This document shows positions 18,077-27,206 of a DNA stretch of 34,246 bases, in pieces. The notes below the pieces were generated by a model. The model saw only the letters and a program-made list of their open reading frames with translations, had not been told where the DNA came from and searched no databases. Where the stretch lies: the NCBI GenBank assembly GCA_050331235.1, contig JBHJHA010000062.1, positions 1 to 34,246 of the forward strand, given 5' to 3'. Made by a program: the position numbers and the translations under genes. The stretch comes from Leptolyngbyaceae cyanobacterium (GTDB lineage Bacteria > Cyanobacteriota > Cyanobacteriia > Phormidesmidales > Phormidesmidaceae). The number at the start of each line of letters is the position of its first letter. Within the stretch, counting starts at the first letter, position 1.

Positions 18077-19480
18077 TTATTTTTGAGAGCTGCTGGTCAT
18101 GAGCTGGGCCTCTAATTCTTGGCGTAAACGCGCCATCGTTGAGTCTGCATCAATATCGTTGAGGATATCTTGCATGACCGCTTTAACACCGTTGGGTCCC
18201 CAAGTACAACCCTGTTCTAAGTACACCTGGGCGGCCTTGCCAACGGCATAGGTACCGTAGCCGGCAGCCCCCGCCTGAGCCGCCATGACGCTGAGCAAAG
18301 CGGTCAGTCCAGCACCGTCAAACAAACTCCATATGGCGGCCGCGCCTTTGCCGGTTCCCATGAGGAGGCCAGTCCCCATTTCGCTCACCAGCAAAGTGCC
18401 GCAGCTTTTGGCGATCGCTTGCCACAGCTTGCGCGCTTCGTGCTGGGTGATCGGCAGCCCGTAGAGCTTTGCCAACGCGCGAATCATCACCAAATCCGTC
18501 AAAAAGCCCCCGGCCAAGTCCAGCAAAACAATCGGATTGAGGGCAACCGCCAGGGCTTTATATTTGGCAAATCTCCAAATCAGGGCCTCTGCCTCTTCAT
18601 GATGAAGGGCGATCGCCCGCCGGGCGATGTCCGTTTCCAACGAATTAGCCTCTCGTAACGCATTTAGAGCAATCAACGTCGGGCCATCTTGGCGGGCGAT
18701 GGTTAAGAGCGCCCGCTTCAAATCATCCATTTGGGGAAGCTGCTGTTCCCATTCGTAGGTCACTCGTCCATCAGGCCACTCCACCCTAACCTGCATCGGT
18801 GCTGGCGCCGCGGCAACCATGACTACCTCGTCGACAGCCAGGGCGGCGTTGGGCTGGGCATAGCCGGTCGAGCGCCAGAGATCAGTCAAGTCCCGGTAAA
18901 TCGCCTCGCGATCGGTATCTGGAAACAGATCAATCTTGTTGAACACGAGCAATAGAGGCTTTTGGGCAGTCTGTAAAGCAGTCAGCGCATCATACTCCGT
19001 CTGGGTGATATCCCCCGCCACTACAAATAAAATTAAGTCTGCCTGGTGGGCGACTTCCTGCGCCATGGCTCCCCGCGCTTCACCGTCGACCTCATCTAGG
19101 CCCGGCGTATCAATGAGTTCAATTTGCGGCAGCTCATCAGCATCATGGACTGCCTCAATGGGGGGACGCCACTGCACCGAACGCGGCCAGCGAGTGACGC
19201 CATGCAGTGGCCCCGTTGGGAGGATGGCTTCGCCAATGAGTGCATTAATCACGGCTGATTTACCCCGACTCACCAGCCCAAACACCGCCACCCGCAGAAC
19301 TGGCTTTGCTAAGCGTGCCTCTAAAGTCGCCAGCGCGCTGACCCCCTCTTGCATCGCCGTTGCTTGATTCGCGCGATCGTCCGTAGCGGTCGAATGCTGC
19401 AACGTTGGGACATAGCGCTGGATGCTTTCCTTCAGCGCTTGACGCACCCGGCGAAACCGATTTGTTGCAGGGGTTGACAC
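18077..19480 (-). CDS. Era-like GTPase with C-terminal DUF697/YcjF-type domain
   Basis: G1 GLVSRGKS, G2 GVT, G3 DTPG, G4 NKID; C-terminal AVALNPIVLLDL...LAKLYG hydrophobic DUF697 region. Confidence 0.88.
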   Translation of the reverse strand: MSTPATNRFRRVRQALKESIQRYVPTLQHSTATDDRANQATAMQEGVSALATLEARLAKPVLRVAVFGLVSRGKSAVINALIGEAILPTGPLHGVTRWPRSVQWRPPIEAVHDADELPQIELIDTPGLDEVDGEARGAMAQEVAHQADLILFVVAGDITQTEYDALTALQTAQKPLLLVFNKIDLFPDTDREAIYRDLTDLWRSTGYAQPNAALAVDEVVMVAAAPAPMQVRVEWPDGRVTYEWEQQLPQMDDLKRALLTIARQDGPTLIALNALREANSLETDIARRAIALHHEEAEALIWRFAKYKALAVALNPIVLLDLAGGFLTDLVMIRALAKLYGLPITQHEARKLWQAIAKSCGTLLVSEMGTGLLMGTGKGAAAIWSLFDGAGLTALLSVMAAQAGAAGYGTYAVGKAAQVYLEQGCTWGPNGVKAVMQDILNDIDADSTMARLRQELEAQLMTSSSQK

Positions 19481-19518
19481 GGTGGGTTTCTCTAACAGGG
19501 CAAAAATCTAAAAGGTCG

Positions 19519-21072
19519 CTAGGCCGATTTGCTTGGGGAGACCGTTGCGGCTTGAACGATGACTGGTGTCACCGGCTCAGACGGGACTTTCACTGTCGGT
19601 GTGTGCCCAGGGGCCAGCGTTGGCTGATGTTGGGCAGAAAATTTTGGCATCCCCTGATTGATCAATGTTTGGAGAAACTCCGTGCGCTGAGTTGCCGGGA
19701 CGAGTGATCGCAATTTTTGACCAATCGCCTCAACTGATATCGTCGCCTCTGTCTGCCCCAGCCGCGATCGCTCTTCAAAGTAAGCCATGAGGCTTTCACC
19801 GGATAACCGAGTCAAATACGCCGCACTGAGCCCCTGCACGCTGCCCCCCACCACAAAAGTCGCCAGATGGCTTTTCAGGGCCGTGGTCAACAGTTGAGTC
19901 GAGACTTCAACGAGGCCAAGTTTCACGACCACTTTGGCAAGCTCCGCCGCGATCGCCTTCGCATGATCGAGGGCAAGGGGCTGGTGATAAACCCGGCCTA
20001 AATCCATCACCAGTTGACCGTTGATCGCGATCGTCGCCAGTAAATCCAACGAGGGTACAGGGCTGGCAAAGGCAGTTGCCGCCGCCGCCCACTGCAATTG
20101 CTCCACGAGGGGCAATGCCCGCTGGCGACGGACCAGATTGAGTTGGGTGTAGATATCCGTTCGGAGTTGCTGCACCTGCCGCATGACCGTTTGGGTCACA
20201 AGGTGCGCCGTCTCTTGTTGCTGCCATTGGGCAAGCTGCTTCGCCAGCGCCGCCACCTCGGGGACGGGGGTTTCTAGTCGGTCACAGACCTGACCAGTGG
20301 CCTCATAGGTGCGAACTTTGATGGGTTTGGGAGCCGAGGCGATCGCCACGCCCTCGACAGCTTGCGGCAGAGTCCGCAGTCGGGCCCGAATATTTTCCAA
20401 AATAGTAGTGCGATCGTCCGGCAAATAGTTGTCGCACTTAGTCAACGCGACAATCACTCGCTGGTTAATGCCGACGAGCGTGGTCAAGTCTTTGAGGGCT
20501 GACTCAGTCAAATCTTCAGCCACGAGGTAAACGACCCCATCCTGGTGTTGCAACTCAGCCAGCAGAGTAGGCTGAGCGACCAAGTCCGTCAGTTGGACTT
20601 CAGTCAGGGTCAGTGACGCCGTTAGCGCCTCAGTCGTATCATGCAGTACCCGTTGAAGGGCTGATTTGCCCGTGCGAGCCTGCCCCACGATCGCGACGGT
20701 CAGCGTGGTTCGATCAAGCTCGGTCAACAGTGCTTGGCGGCGGACCTCGAGGGCTTGCACGGTGACGTCTAAGCTATTGGTTTCTAGAGCCTCAAACTCT
20801 TGCTGGAGCGTCGCTAACGTTGGCTTCAAAGCCGCGATCGCGGCTTCTACTTGGGCCCTGTCATGGGGAGCCGCTGGTTTAAGGTCGGGGACATCGGCTG
20901 GAGTGGCCTGGCGTCGCCACCACCACATCCCAGTGCCGGCTGCGATCAGACTGGCCAAGGTAGTGCCATCGGCCAAAACATCGTGTAGTCCGCCCAACAA
21001 ACCAAAGCTGGCTGCCAGCCCTAGGCCGCCAACGAGAATGGGACGCTCCAAGAGCAGTTTTCGTACCACCAC
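19519..21072 (-). CDS. DUF697-domain protein with degenerate GTPase domain and N-terminal TM hairpin
   Basis: RPILVGGLGL N-terminus; G1 GQARTGKS; no DxxG; G4-like TKCD; DUF697 FASPVPSLDLLATIAINGQLVMDLG. GTG start near 21072 or 21069. Confidence 0.85.
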   Translation of the reverse strand: MVVRKLLLERPILVGGLGLAASFGLLGGLHDVLADGTTLASLIAAGTGMWWWRRQATPADVPDLKPAAPHDRAQVEAAIAALKPTLATLQQEFEALETNSLDVTVQALEVRRQALLTELDRTTLTVAIVGQARTGKSALQRVLHDTTEALTASLTLTEVQLTDLVAQPTLLAELQHQDGVVYLVAEDLTESALKDLTTLVGINQRVIVALTKCDNYLPDDRTTILENIRARLRTLPQAVEGVAIASAPKPIKVRTYEATGQVCDRLETPVPEVAALAKQLAQWQQQETAHLVTQTVMRQVQQLRTDIYTQLNLVRRQRALPLVEQLQWAAAATAFASPVPSLDLLATIAINGQLVMDLGRVYHQPLALDHAKAIAAELAKVVVKLGLVEVSTQLLTTALKSHLATFVVGGSVQGLSAAYLTRLSGESLMAYFEERSRLGQTEATISVEAIGQKLRSLVPATQRTEFLQTLINQGMPKFSAQHQPTLAPGHTPTVKVPSEPVTPVIVQAATVSPSKSA

Positions 21073-21370
21073 ACAGACCCCACGAGTGCAAATCGAGCCA
21101 ACGCCGCAGCGTCGCACTCTCATTTTAAAGGCTCATCGAAATTTGCTGATTACGGGAAACCTACCCGATCAATATTCATCTGGGCTGAGAGCCATCAGGC
21201 TTCGGGTAGCAATGAGGCTGAAATTGCCTCTTGATTTCCAGCGAGTGGGACGCGATCGCCCTTCATGGGCATGCTGATGAGGTCGCCCATTTACAGTCGA
21301 TGGGGCTGCCACTAGGCAGCCAGCGGTTCACGAAACTCGGGCGACGAGGATGCTGCAGGAAGAGGGCTTT

Positions 21371-22438
21371 ATGACCGGCGTCTCAGCTCGACAACGGAAA
21401 CCATTACTCATTGGGCTCGGTCTGTGGGGACTCATCGGAATGGGTAGCTGCCGGCAGCCAGTGCAGGATGCCCCCGAAGCTGCGGCCCCAGAGGCTGTCA
21501 CCGCCGACCCTGTCGCCATTGCACCATCACCGGCCCCCACCAACCCTCAAGTCGCACCTGAGCCCTCAGTCCTTTGCGAGCAAGTAGAGCTCAGCGAGCC
21601 TAATCAACCGATAATCTTAAGCAACCTACAGTTTCACCGTCCTGCCCCTATTCCCTTTGAGTTTGAGGCAACAGACGCCGCCGAGCATCTCATCGGTTGT
21701 GTCACCAATCAAACGGAGGCAGCGATTACTGGGGTCGAAATCGCCATCACCTTTGAGCTAGAAAGAGGAGATAGTGGTGTCGCAGTGGCTCAAGTTGACT
21801 TTCCTGGAGAGCAAATTGGGCCAGGTCAGACAGTCCCTTTCAAACACCGCTCTGAACTCGACTCTGACCTAATCGAGCTGACGGTTGAAAAGGTCACCAC
21901 GCTACAGCCTCGGCCTGGATTTGAGGAATATGCCTATGTGCCGGTGGATGTAGTTGAGCCGCAGATCGAGATCGTCCATAGGCCTGCCCAAGCGCCGCCC
22001 CTGACCGAAACTGATCATCTCTGTCAAGACATTGAGCCACCCCAGTCAAACGCCGCGATCGCCGTCACCAACTGGCAAATCTACGAAGTACCGCAAGATC
22101 TTTACGACTTTCGGGAGGAATCCGATGCCCTACTCGTCGGTTGCGTCACCAATCTCTCTGACCGCCCCCTCGATGGCCTCAGCATGGCCTACAGCACCGA
22201 GACCCAAAGCAATGCCTTTGCGACGGTATTGCTGCCGGAGTCAGCCCTCCAGCCCAACCAAACTCTACCCTTCAAAAAACTTGGCGAGGTGCTGCCAGAG
22301 ACTCAAATTATCGTCGTTCATCGATTGGGAGGAGTGCCGATGGACGTATCCATCGGTCGCTCACCGGCTGCCGATAGCGAACCTGACCCCACCTCCACAG
22401 AACCAGCGGCGGCATCTGCCGAACCGACTGCCAACTGA
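21371..22438 (+). CDS. lipoprotein with two repeated beta-sandwich (FxLYD-like) domains
   Basis: Lipobox-like MGSC after a hydrophobic stretch; duplicated LC...N.Q...GCVTN...G......P.QT.PFK; Pro/Ala-rich ends. ATG 21371 or 21350. Confidence 0.75.
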   Translation: MTGVSARQRKPLLIGLGLWGLIGMGSCRQPVQDAPEAAAPEAVTADPVAIAPSPAPTNPQVAPEPSVLCEQVELSEPNQPIILSNLQFHRPAPIPFEFEATDAAEHLIGCVTNQTEAAITGVEIAITFELERGDSGVAVAQVDFPGEQIGPGQTVPFKHRSELDSDLIELTVEKVTTLQPRPGFEEYAYVPVDVVEPQIEIVHRPAQAPPLTETDHLCQDIEPPQSNAAIAVTNWQIYEVPQDLYDFREESDALLVGCVTNLSDRPLDGLSMAYSTETQSNAFATVLLPESALQPNQTLPFKKLGEVLPETQIIVVHRLGGVPMDVSIGRSPAADSEPDPTSTEPAAASAEPTAN

Positions 22439-22528
22439 TCTGTCCCTGGGACATTCACACATAATACCAATTCTCTAGATTCCGGCTAGAGATAGAGCTT
22501 CCGAGATGGATCCTCTGCTGGTAATTGA

Positions 22529-22562
22529 CACGACTTGGTATGTTCCACGACTTGATATGTTC
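22529..22562. repeat. 17-bp tandem duplication CACGACTTG(G/A)TATGTTC x2
   Basis: Copies at 22529-22545 and 22546-22562, one mismatch. Confidence 0.85.
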
Positions 22563-22798
22563 TGAAGAAAGAATAAAAGCAACGGGTTTGCGGTGCTAGA
22601 AAATTAGCATGAGCAGAATGTGGAGAAGCTTCAATGCTCCCGTTGGTCAACATTCCTCGAACGCTGCGAAAGCACTTACAACCCTATCGTGCGGTGTTCT
22701 GTCGCACCGCTGGTTTTGCCTAAGTGAGCCGCTGTCTGACAGGTCTATTGTTGAGTCCGAACCAGACGTTGCAAGGCATCCACGCCCAATGGGAGAGG

Positions 22799-23632
22799 GG
22801 TAGTGTTCTAGACCTGTGGAAAGCGATCATATAGCGTGGCCAAATTCGTAGCGGTTGATGAACAGCCCGATAACGGTGTCGTGCATCATCAGCGATTTGG
22901 AGAAGTAAATCGTTTTGCGAGCCAGTCGCTTGATGCGAGTACGTAGCGTGAGGTGCTTCCGCTCAATTTTCTGGGTATGGGTTTTGCCAATGGTGTGCCG
23001 TTGAGCTTCGAGTTGTCGTGAGTAAGCCCCCCAGTTGTCGGTATAGGACTGTCGCATCTCAAAGGGTATCAGTCACTCAATCAGTGTGGAGAGGACGCTG
23101 TCTTGATGGGGGGCGAGCATATAGGCGAGCACGTCACCACTTGCATGATCGATGGCATTCCAGAGCCATCTTTGCTGTCGTTTTGACTGGACGAAGCTCC
23201 ACATCTCGTCCATTTCAGCCGCCTCAACTCGTGTGAGTAAAACGGTTGGCGGTGCTCCTTGACAACGGTCTAAAGCGCTCCGATTCACTGACTCCAAATG
23301 ACGTTTTTTTTGAGTTCTTCAATTACGGTGTCGAGCTAATCCTCAGTACTCGCGCGGTATCGCGGATGCTACTCCCATTCATCGCCATTTCGCTGACTTG
23401 CGCTTTTACCTCAGGAACGTGTCCTCGATAGGTATAGTTGAGAATGAACGAGGCGCGGGCACAAGCCACATTCCGGCAACGATAGCGCTGCTTTCCTTCA
23501 GCGCTTTGACCGTTTTTGACGACCTCCGTAGTCTGACAGTGCGGACAGCAAACCGGTTCTAAAACCATTGGCAATTGGCCAGATAAAGTAGCGCTATTAT
23601 CTTCTCTCAATACACAGGTCTAGAACATCACC
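22799..23632 (-). mobile_element. IS1-family insertion sequence, 834 bp, inactivated
   Basis: Terminal inverted repeats GGTAGTGTTCTAGACCTGTG (22799-22818) and the reverse complement of 23613-23632, GGTGATGTTCTAGACCTGTG (18/20 match); insA/insB inside; no target-site duplication visible. Confidence 0.93.
22827..23568 (-). pseudogene. IS1 transposase insAB, disrupted
   Basis: InsA zinc finger CPHC..KNG....KQRYRC..C plus HTH; apparent 1-nt deletion near 23330 gives STP* instead of ...TVIEELKK; A8C slippery site at 23303-23311; InsB DEMWSFV, TDNW.AY, IER..LTLR; in-frame TGA at 23073-23075. Confidence 0.9.
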
Positions 23633-24002
23633 CGGGTGAACGCGATCTCTGTCCGTGGCGCTTTTTCGCTGCCTCAAAAGCAGTTTGAGGTCTTCTTTAC
23701 TTTCTGTGATCTCAAGGTGATAGACGCCTGACATGGTTCCTGCCCAATGCTTTATATCCTTGCTAGGATCTGTAGCCTTAACCCGAAGAATCGGTATTAG
23801 TTCTCCAGATGGTCTGGCTGCGCTCAGGAAAAAACACCTGAGGTTTGGCTGATACGAGCCGGGCTGCTAACCGGGCTAAGCGCTAGTGAAGGAGGCGGTG
23901 CTGGCCGCTTCCAGTCGTCGTCTCAACAAGCTGATATGCTTGAAAGTCAAAGCGATGGCAGCACTTGCTTGCTGATGGCGACCTTTATCTATCCCGTGAC
24001 CT

Positions 24003-24749
24003 ATGACTGCGTCTTCGATCTCCCTGCGAGAGCAGCAGCACCCGATGATTCGGCAACTTGTCCAGATCATCGAAGCCGTTTGGCAAAAGTATTTGACCCT
24101 TGCCCCCTATCAACTGCCTGCTGATCTGGGCTACATTGAAGGCCGCTTAGAAGGCGAACGACTGGTGATTGAAAATGCGTGTTATCAGTCGCCTCCCTTT
24201 CGCAAGCAACATCTTGAACTAGCCAGGGTCGGTCAAAGTTTAGATATTTTGCACTGCGTGATGTTTCCCCGCTCAGACTACGATTTGCCGATGTTTGGGT
24301 GTGATCTCGTGGGTGGCCGTGGGCAAATCAGTGCGGCAATTGTGGATCTGTCTCCTGTATCTGGCGATCGCCAATTGCCTACGACCTATCGCGAATGTTT
24401 GGCGGCCCTATCTAAGATGACGTTTAGTGAGCCCCGTGACATTCCCACCTGGGGTGACATTTTCTCAGAAGCCTGTTTATTTGTCCGACCCACTTCAGCG
24501 GCGGAAGAGCAGCAGTTTTTGCAGCGGGTCGAGGCCTATCTCACCATTCACTGTCAACTAGCGATCGCCGCGACGGCTCAACCTGAGCGACAGAGGGAAA
24601 TTCTGGCTGGTCAGAACCGTTATTGCGCTCAGCAACAGCAAAATGACAAGACCCGCCGGGTGCTAGTCAAAGCCTTTGGAGAGGATTGGGCAGAGCGGTA
24701 TATGACGACGGTCTTATTTGATCAGGTCGAGGATCGAGCTGAGACTTAG
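24003..24749 (+). CDS. pcyA: phycocyanobilin:ferredoxin oxidoreductase
   Basis: HLELA, LDILHCVMFP, PMFGCDLV, AAIVDLSP, WGDIFS, QQQNDKTRRVL..AFG..WA..Y...VLFD. Confidence 0.96.
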   Translation: MTASSISLREQQHPMIRQLVQIIEAVWQKYLTLAPYQLPADLGYIEGRLEGERLVIENACYQSPPFRKQHLELARVGQSLDILHCVMFPRSDYDLPMFGCDLVGGRGQISAAIVDLSPVSGDRQLPTTYRECLAALSKMTFSEPRDIPTWGDIFSEACLFVRPTSAAEEQQFLQRVEAYLTIHCQLAIAATAQPERQREILAGQNRYCAQQQQNDKTRRVLVKAFGEDWAERYMTTVLFDQVEDRAET

Positions 24750-24954
24750 CGGCACCGACGTTGAGATGACTGTTATCCTGTATCAAACGCGTTCTTAATG
24801 TTTGATTGACCAATTAGCAGCATTAAGTTCCTTTTTCGGCTATCTACTTGAATTTATGATTTTTGCCACGGCGTCCTCAAGTGATTGAGCGCTGCCTCAG
24901 TTTCCGGTATCTTGAGTCTTTTATCCCGTCTCTGCCGTTATACCTTTAACTCCC

Positions 24955-25593
24955 ATGACCCATATTCTCCTCTCTGATACTTCCGTATTTTCCTATCCCC
25001 CCATCGGTAGAGAAGCTGCGGCTAGCCCTGGCGATGCGGTGTCAAGTCAGGCTGGTAAGTTGGTAGTGCTCACTGGTCCCAGTGGGGTGGGCAAGGGGAC
25101 GCTATTGCGGCGACTGACAGAGCGCCATTCCCATCTGTATCTGTCTACTTCGGCGACGACTCGCCCCCCCCGTGAGGGGGAAGTGGACGGCGCCGACAAT
25201 TATTTTGTCACCCGCACCATTTTTGAACGCATGATCAAGGCTGGTGAGCTGTTGGAGTGGGCAGAGTTTGCTGGTAACTATTACGGCACTCCACGGCAGC
25301 CGGTCGAAATGCAGATTCATCGCGGTCGCAAGGTTATTCTCGAGATTGAGCTGAAGGGAGCCCGTCAGGTGGCCAAATCTTATCCCGAAGCGCTGAAGAT
25401 CTTCATTGCTCCCCCCACTCCGGAAGAGTTGGAACGTCGCATTCGCGATCGCGGTCAGGATGATGAAGCTGCTATCACGCGACGGCTTGCTCGAGCCCGC
25501 GAAGAACTCGCCGCCGCGAATGAATTTGATGTGCAAATCATCAATGATGATTTAGATGCTGCCACAGCTCGGCTAGAGGCCGTTTTGCTGTAG
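24955..25593 (+). CDS. gmk: guanylate kinase
   Basis: [49 protein letters not shown]. Confidence 0.96.
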   Translation: MTHILLSDTSVFSYPPIGREAAASPGDAVSSQAGKLVVLTGPSGVGKGTLLRRLTERHSHLYLSTSATTRPPREGEVDGADNYFVTRTIFERMIKAGELLEWAEFAGNYYGTPRQPVEMQIHRGRKVILEIELKGARQVAKSYPEALKIFIAPPTPEELERRIRDRGQDDEAAITRRLARAREELAAANEFDVQIINDDLDAATARLEAVLL

Positions 25594-25604
25594 CTTGCTA
25601 TGGG

Positions 25605-26219
25605 TTAATTAGCCGCCTGAGCGCCATGACTCCGAGGATCATCGCTGCGATTCATCGCGTTGATGACCGCTTCGCGGGTGGTGGGCGTCTCCAGATTTGA
25701 GGTGGGGCCGGCCCCCTGCTGATAGGGCAACGGGTTGCCAGCAGCTAACGCCGCAAGATTGCTGGCAATCACTGTTTTGGGCTGCTCGCCAATCGCGGCG
25801 GTGACGGGTTCTCCCTGACCGTCAAGGTAGACAAAGTGGGGAATGCCATCGACTCGATAGTGGAGCATCTCGGGGAGCCATTTGTTGTTATCCACATTGA
25901 GCATGACAAAGTTGATGTCATCGCCGTAGGTGGTGCGTAGCTCCGCCATATCAACCGCCATGGCCTGACAAGAGGTACACCAGTTGGCGTAAAACTCCAT
26001 CAGCGATGGCTTGGCATTGGTTAGGGCCTCTTCTAAGGGCACTGACTCCGCCGCCAAGGTTTCTAACGAGGCGGCGGGGGTTTGGGTTTGTAGGCCCAAC
26101 ACCACCAGCACAGACAGTACGACCGCCACGCTGACGATAATGAAGTTGCGGATTTTAGTGGCAAAGCTAGCGGTGTCAGATGACGCTGCGGCCACTGGAG
26201 AATTGGAAGACTGATCCAT
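25605..26219 (-). CDS. txlA: membrane-anchored thioredoxin-like protein TxlA (HCF164-like)
   Basis: N-terminal TM; EFYANWCTSC; NFVMLNVDNNKWLPE; VDGIPHF; C-terminal DPRSHG. Confidence 0.88.
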   Translation of the reverse strand: MDQSSNSPVAAASSDTASFATKIRNFIIVSVAVVLSVLVVLGLQTQTPAASLETLAAESVPLEEALTNAKPSLMEFYANWCTSCQAMAVDMAELRTTYGDDINFVMLNVDNNKWLPEMLHYRVDGIPHFVYLDGQGEPVTAAIGEQPKTVIASNLAALAAGNPLPYQQGAGPTSNLETPTTREAVINAMNRSDDPRSHGAQAAN

Positions 26220-26295
26220 AGCAGAAATTGATGAGCTAATGGCTTAACCAGAACAATTTATCTTTAAGATAGCGGACACCCCAGGAGTCTTGTGG

Positions 26296-26700
26296 ATGAA
26301 AAAGCGGGTTACATTAACATTTCCCAAGCGTTCAGTACATCAGCCCATTACCTATCGTCTGGCCAAAGACTTCAATGTGGCGGCGAATATTATTCGAGCG
26401 CAAGTCGCTCCCAACCAAATTGGTAAGCTCGTGGTGGAGCTATCCGGCGATATTGATCAGCTAGAGGATGCGATCGCTTGGCTTGAAGCGCAAGAGATTG
26501 GCATTTCTCAAGCCAGCCGTGAAATCCTGATTGACGAAGCCAGCTGTGTTCACTGCGGTCTGTGTACTGGCGTGTGTCCCACTGGAGCCTTGAGCCTGCA
26601 TGCCGAAACCTTTCAGCTAACCTTTGCGCGATCGCGCTGCATTGTCTGTGAGCAATGTATTCCAAGCTGTCCAGTCGAAGCAATCTCAACAAATCTGTAG
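26296..26700 (+). CDS. NIL-domain 2x[4Fe-4S] ferredoxin
   Basis: N-terminal NIL (KRVTLTFP...YRLAKDFNVAANIIRAQVAPNQIGKLVVEL); CVHCGLCTGVCP and CIVCEQCIPSCP; ATG 26296. Confidence 0.92.
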   Translation: MKKRVTLTFPKRSVHQPITYRLAKDFNVAANIIRAQVAPNQIGKLVVELSGDIDQLEDAIAWLEAQEIGISQASREILIDEASCVHCGLCTGVCPTGALSLHAETFQLTFARSRCIVCEQCIPSCPVEAISTNL

Positions 26701-26756
26701 ACACTGCGCAGCGATGGCAACCCCTGATAGGGTTTTAAAGCGAGGAGGTGGAAACC

Positions 26757-27206
26757 ATGGTCATCACTAGCTACTGGCTATCTTGGGGATTGTTAATTTT
26801 GGCCTATGCCACCTACGGTCAACTGCTGCACTCTACCCAAACGGATGAATATATCTGGTATGTCACGGTTGGGTTTGTCATTGTCAAAGCTGGGATGCTG
26901 ACGCTGTTTTGGGCTCCTGTGCGTGACTTTGCTCTGAGGGGATTCCAATCTGATGTGGGCTATTCCATTATGGTGCTCGTTTTGGCTTCGCTCGCCGTGG
27001 TCGCCGTGGTCCAGTTTCGGGCATTCGCTTACATCGTTGTGCTGATCGCCGCCGCTTTGCTCGTTCGCGTGGATTGTTTGATTGACGGTTTGAGCGATCG
27101 CCGCTCGTTTTTAACCTTAATTTTGCTTGCCCTCATCGGATTAGGTATCAGTTGGTTACCGGCCCTGTTGTTCAATAATGTTGAAGCACTGGCCAACCAG
27201 CTTTAG
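26757..27206 (+). CDS. multi-pass membrane hypothetical protein
   Basis: About five hydrophobic helices; SD GAGGAGG before ATG 26757. Confidence 0.8.
   Translation: MVITSYWLSWGLLILAYATYGQLLHSTQTDEYIWYVTVGFVIVKAGMLTLFWAPVRDFALRGFQSDVGYSIMVLVLASLAVVAVVQFRAFAYIVVLIAAALLVRVDCLIDGLSDRRSFLTLILLALIGLGISWLPALLFNNVEALANQL

Noticed and set aside
12077..21277. Long antisense ORFs (12077-12604, 12922-13458, 15684-16091, 18936-19367, 20666-21277 and similar)
   Set aside because: Shadow frames opposite well-supported genes, as expected from codon bias at this GC content.
7376..22562. Short direct repeats considered as a CRISPR array
   Set aside because: Units are under 20 bp, two copies each, with no spacers and no cas genes.
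22609..22803. 64-aa ORF running into the IS1 end, considered as the interrupted target gene
   Set aside because: No recognisable product and no convincing continuation beyond 23632.
23760..24002. Small hairpins upstream of pcyA (e.g. CTCAGG/CCTGAG at about 23823-23842), considered as a riboswitch
   Set aside because: Stems are 6 bp or shorter and no known aptamer consensus was recognised.
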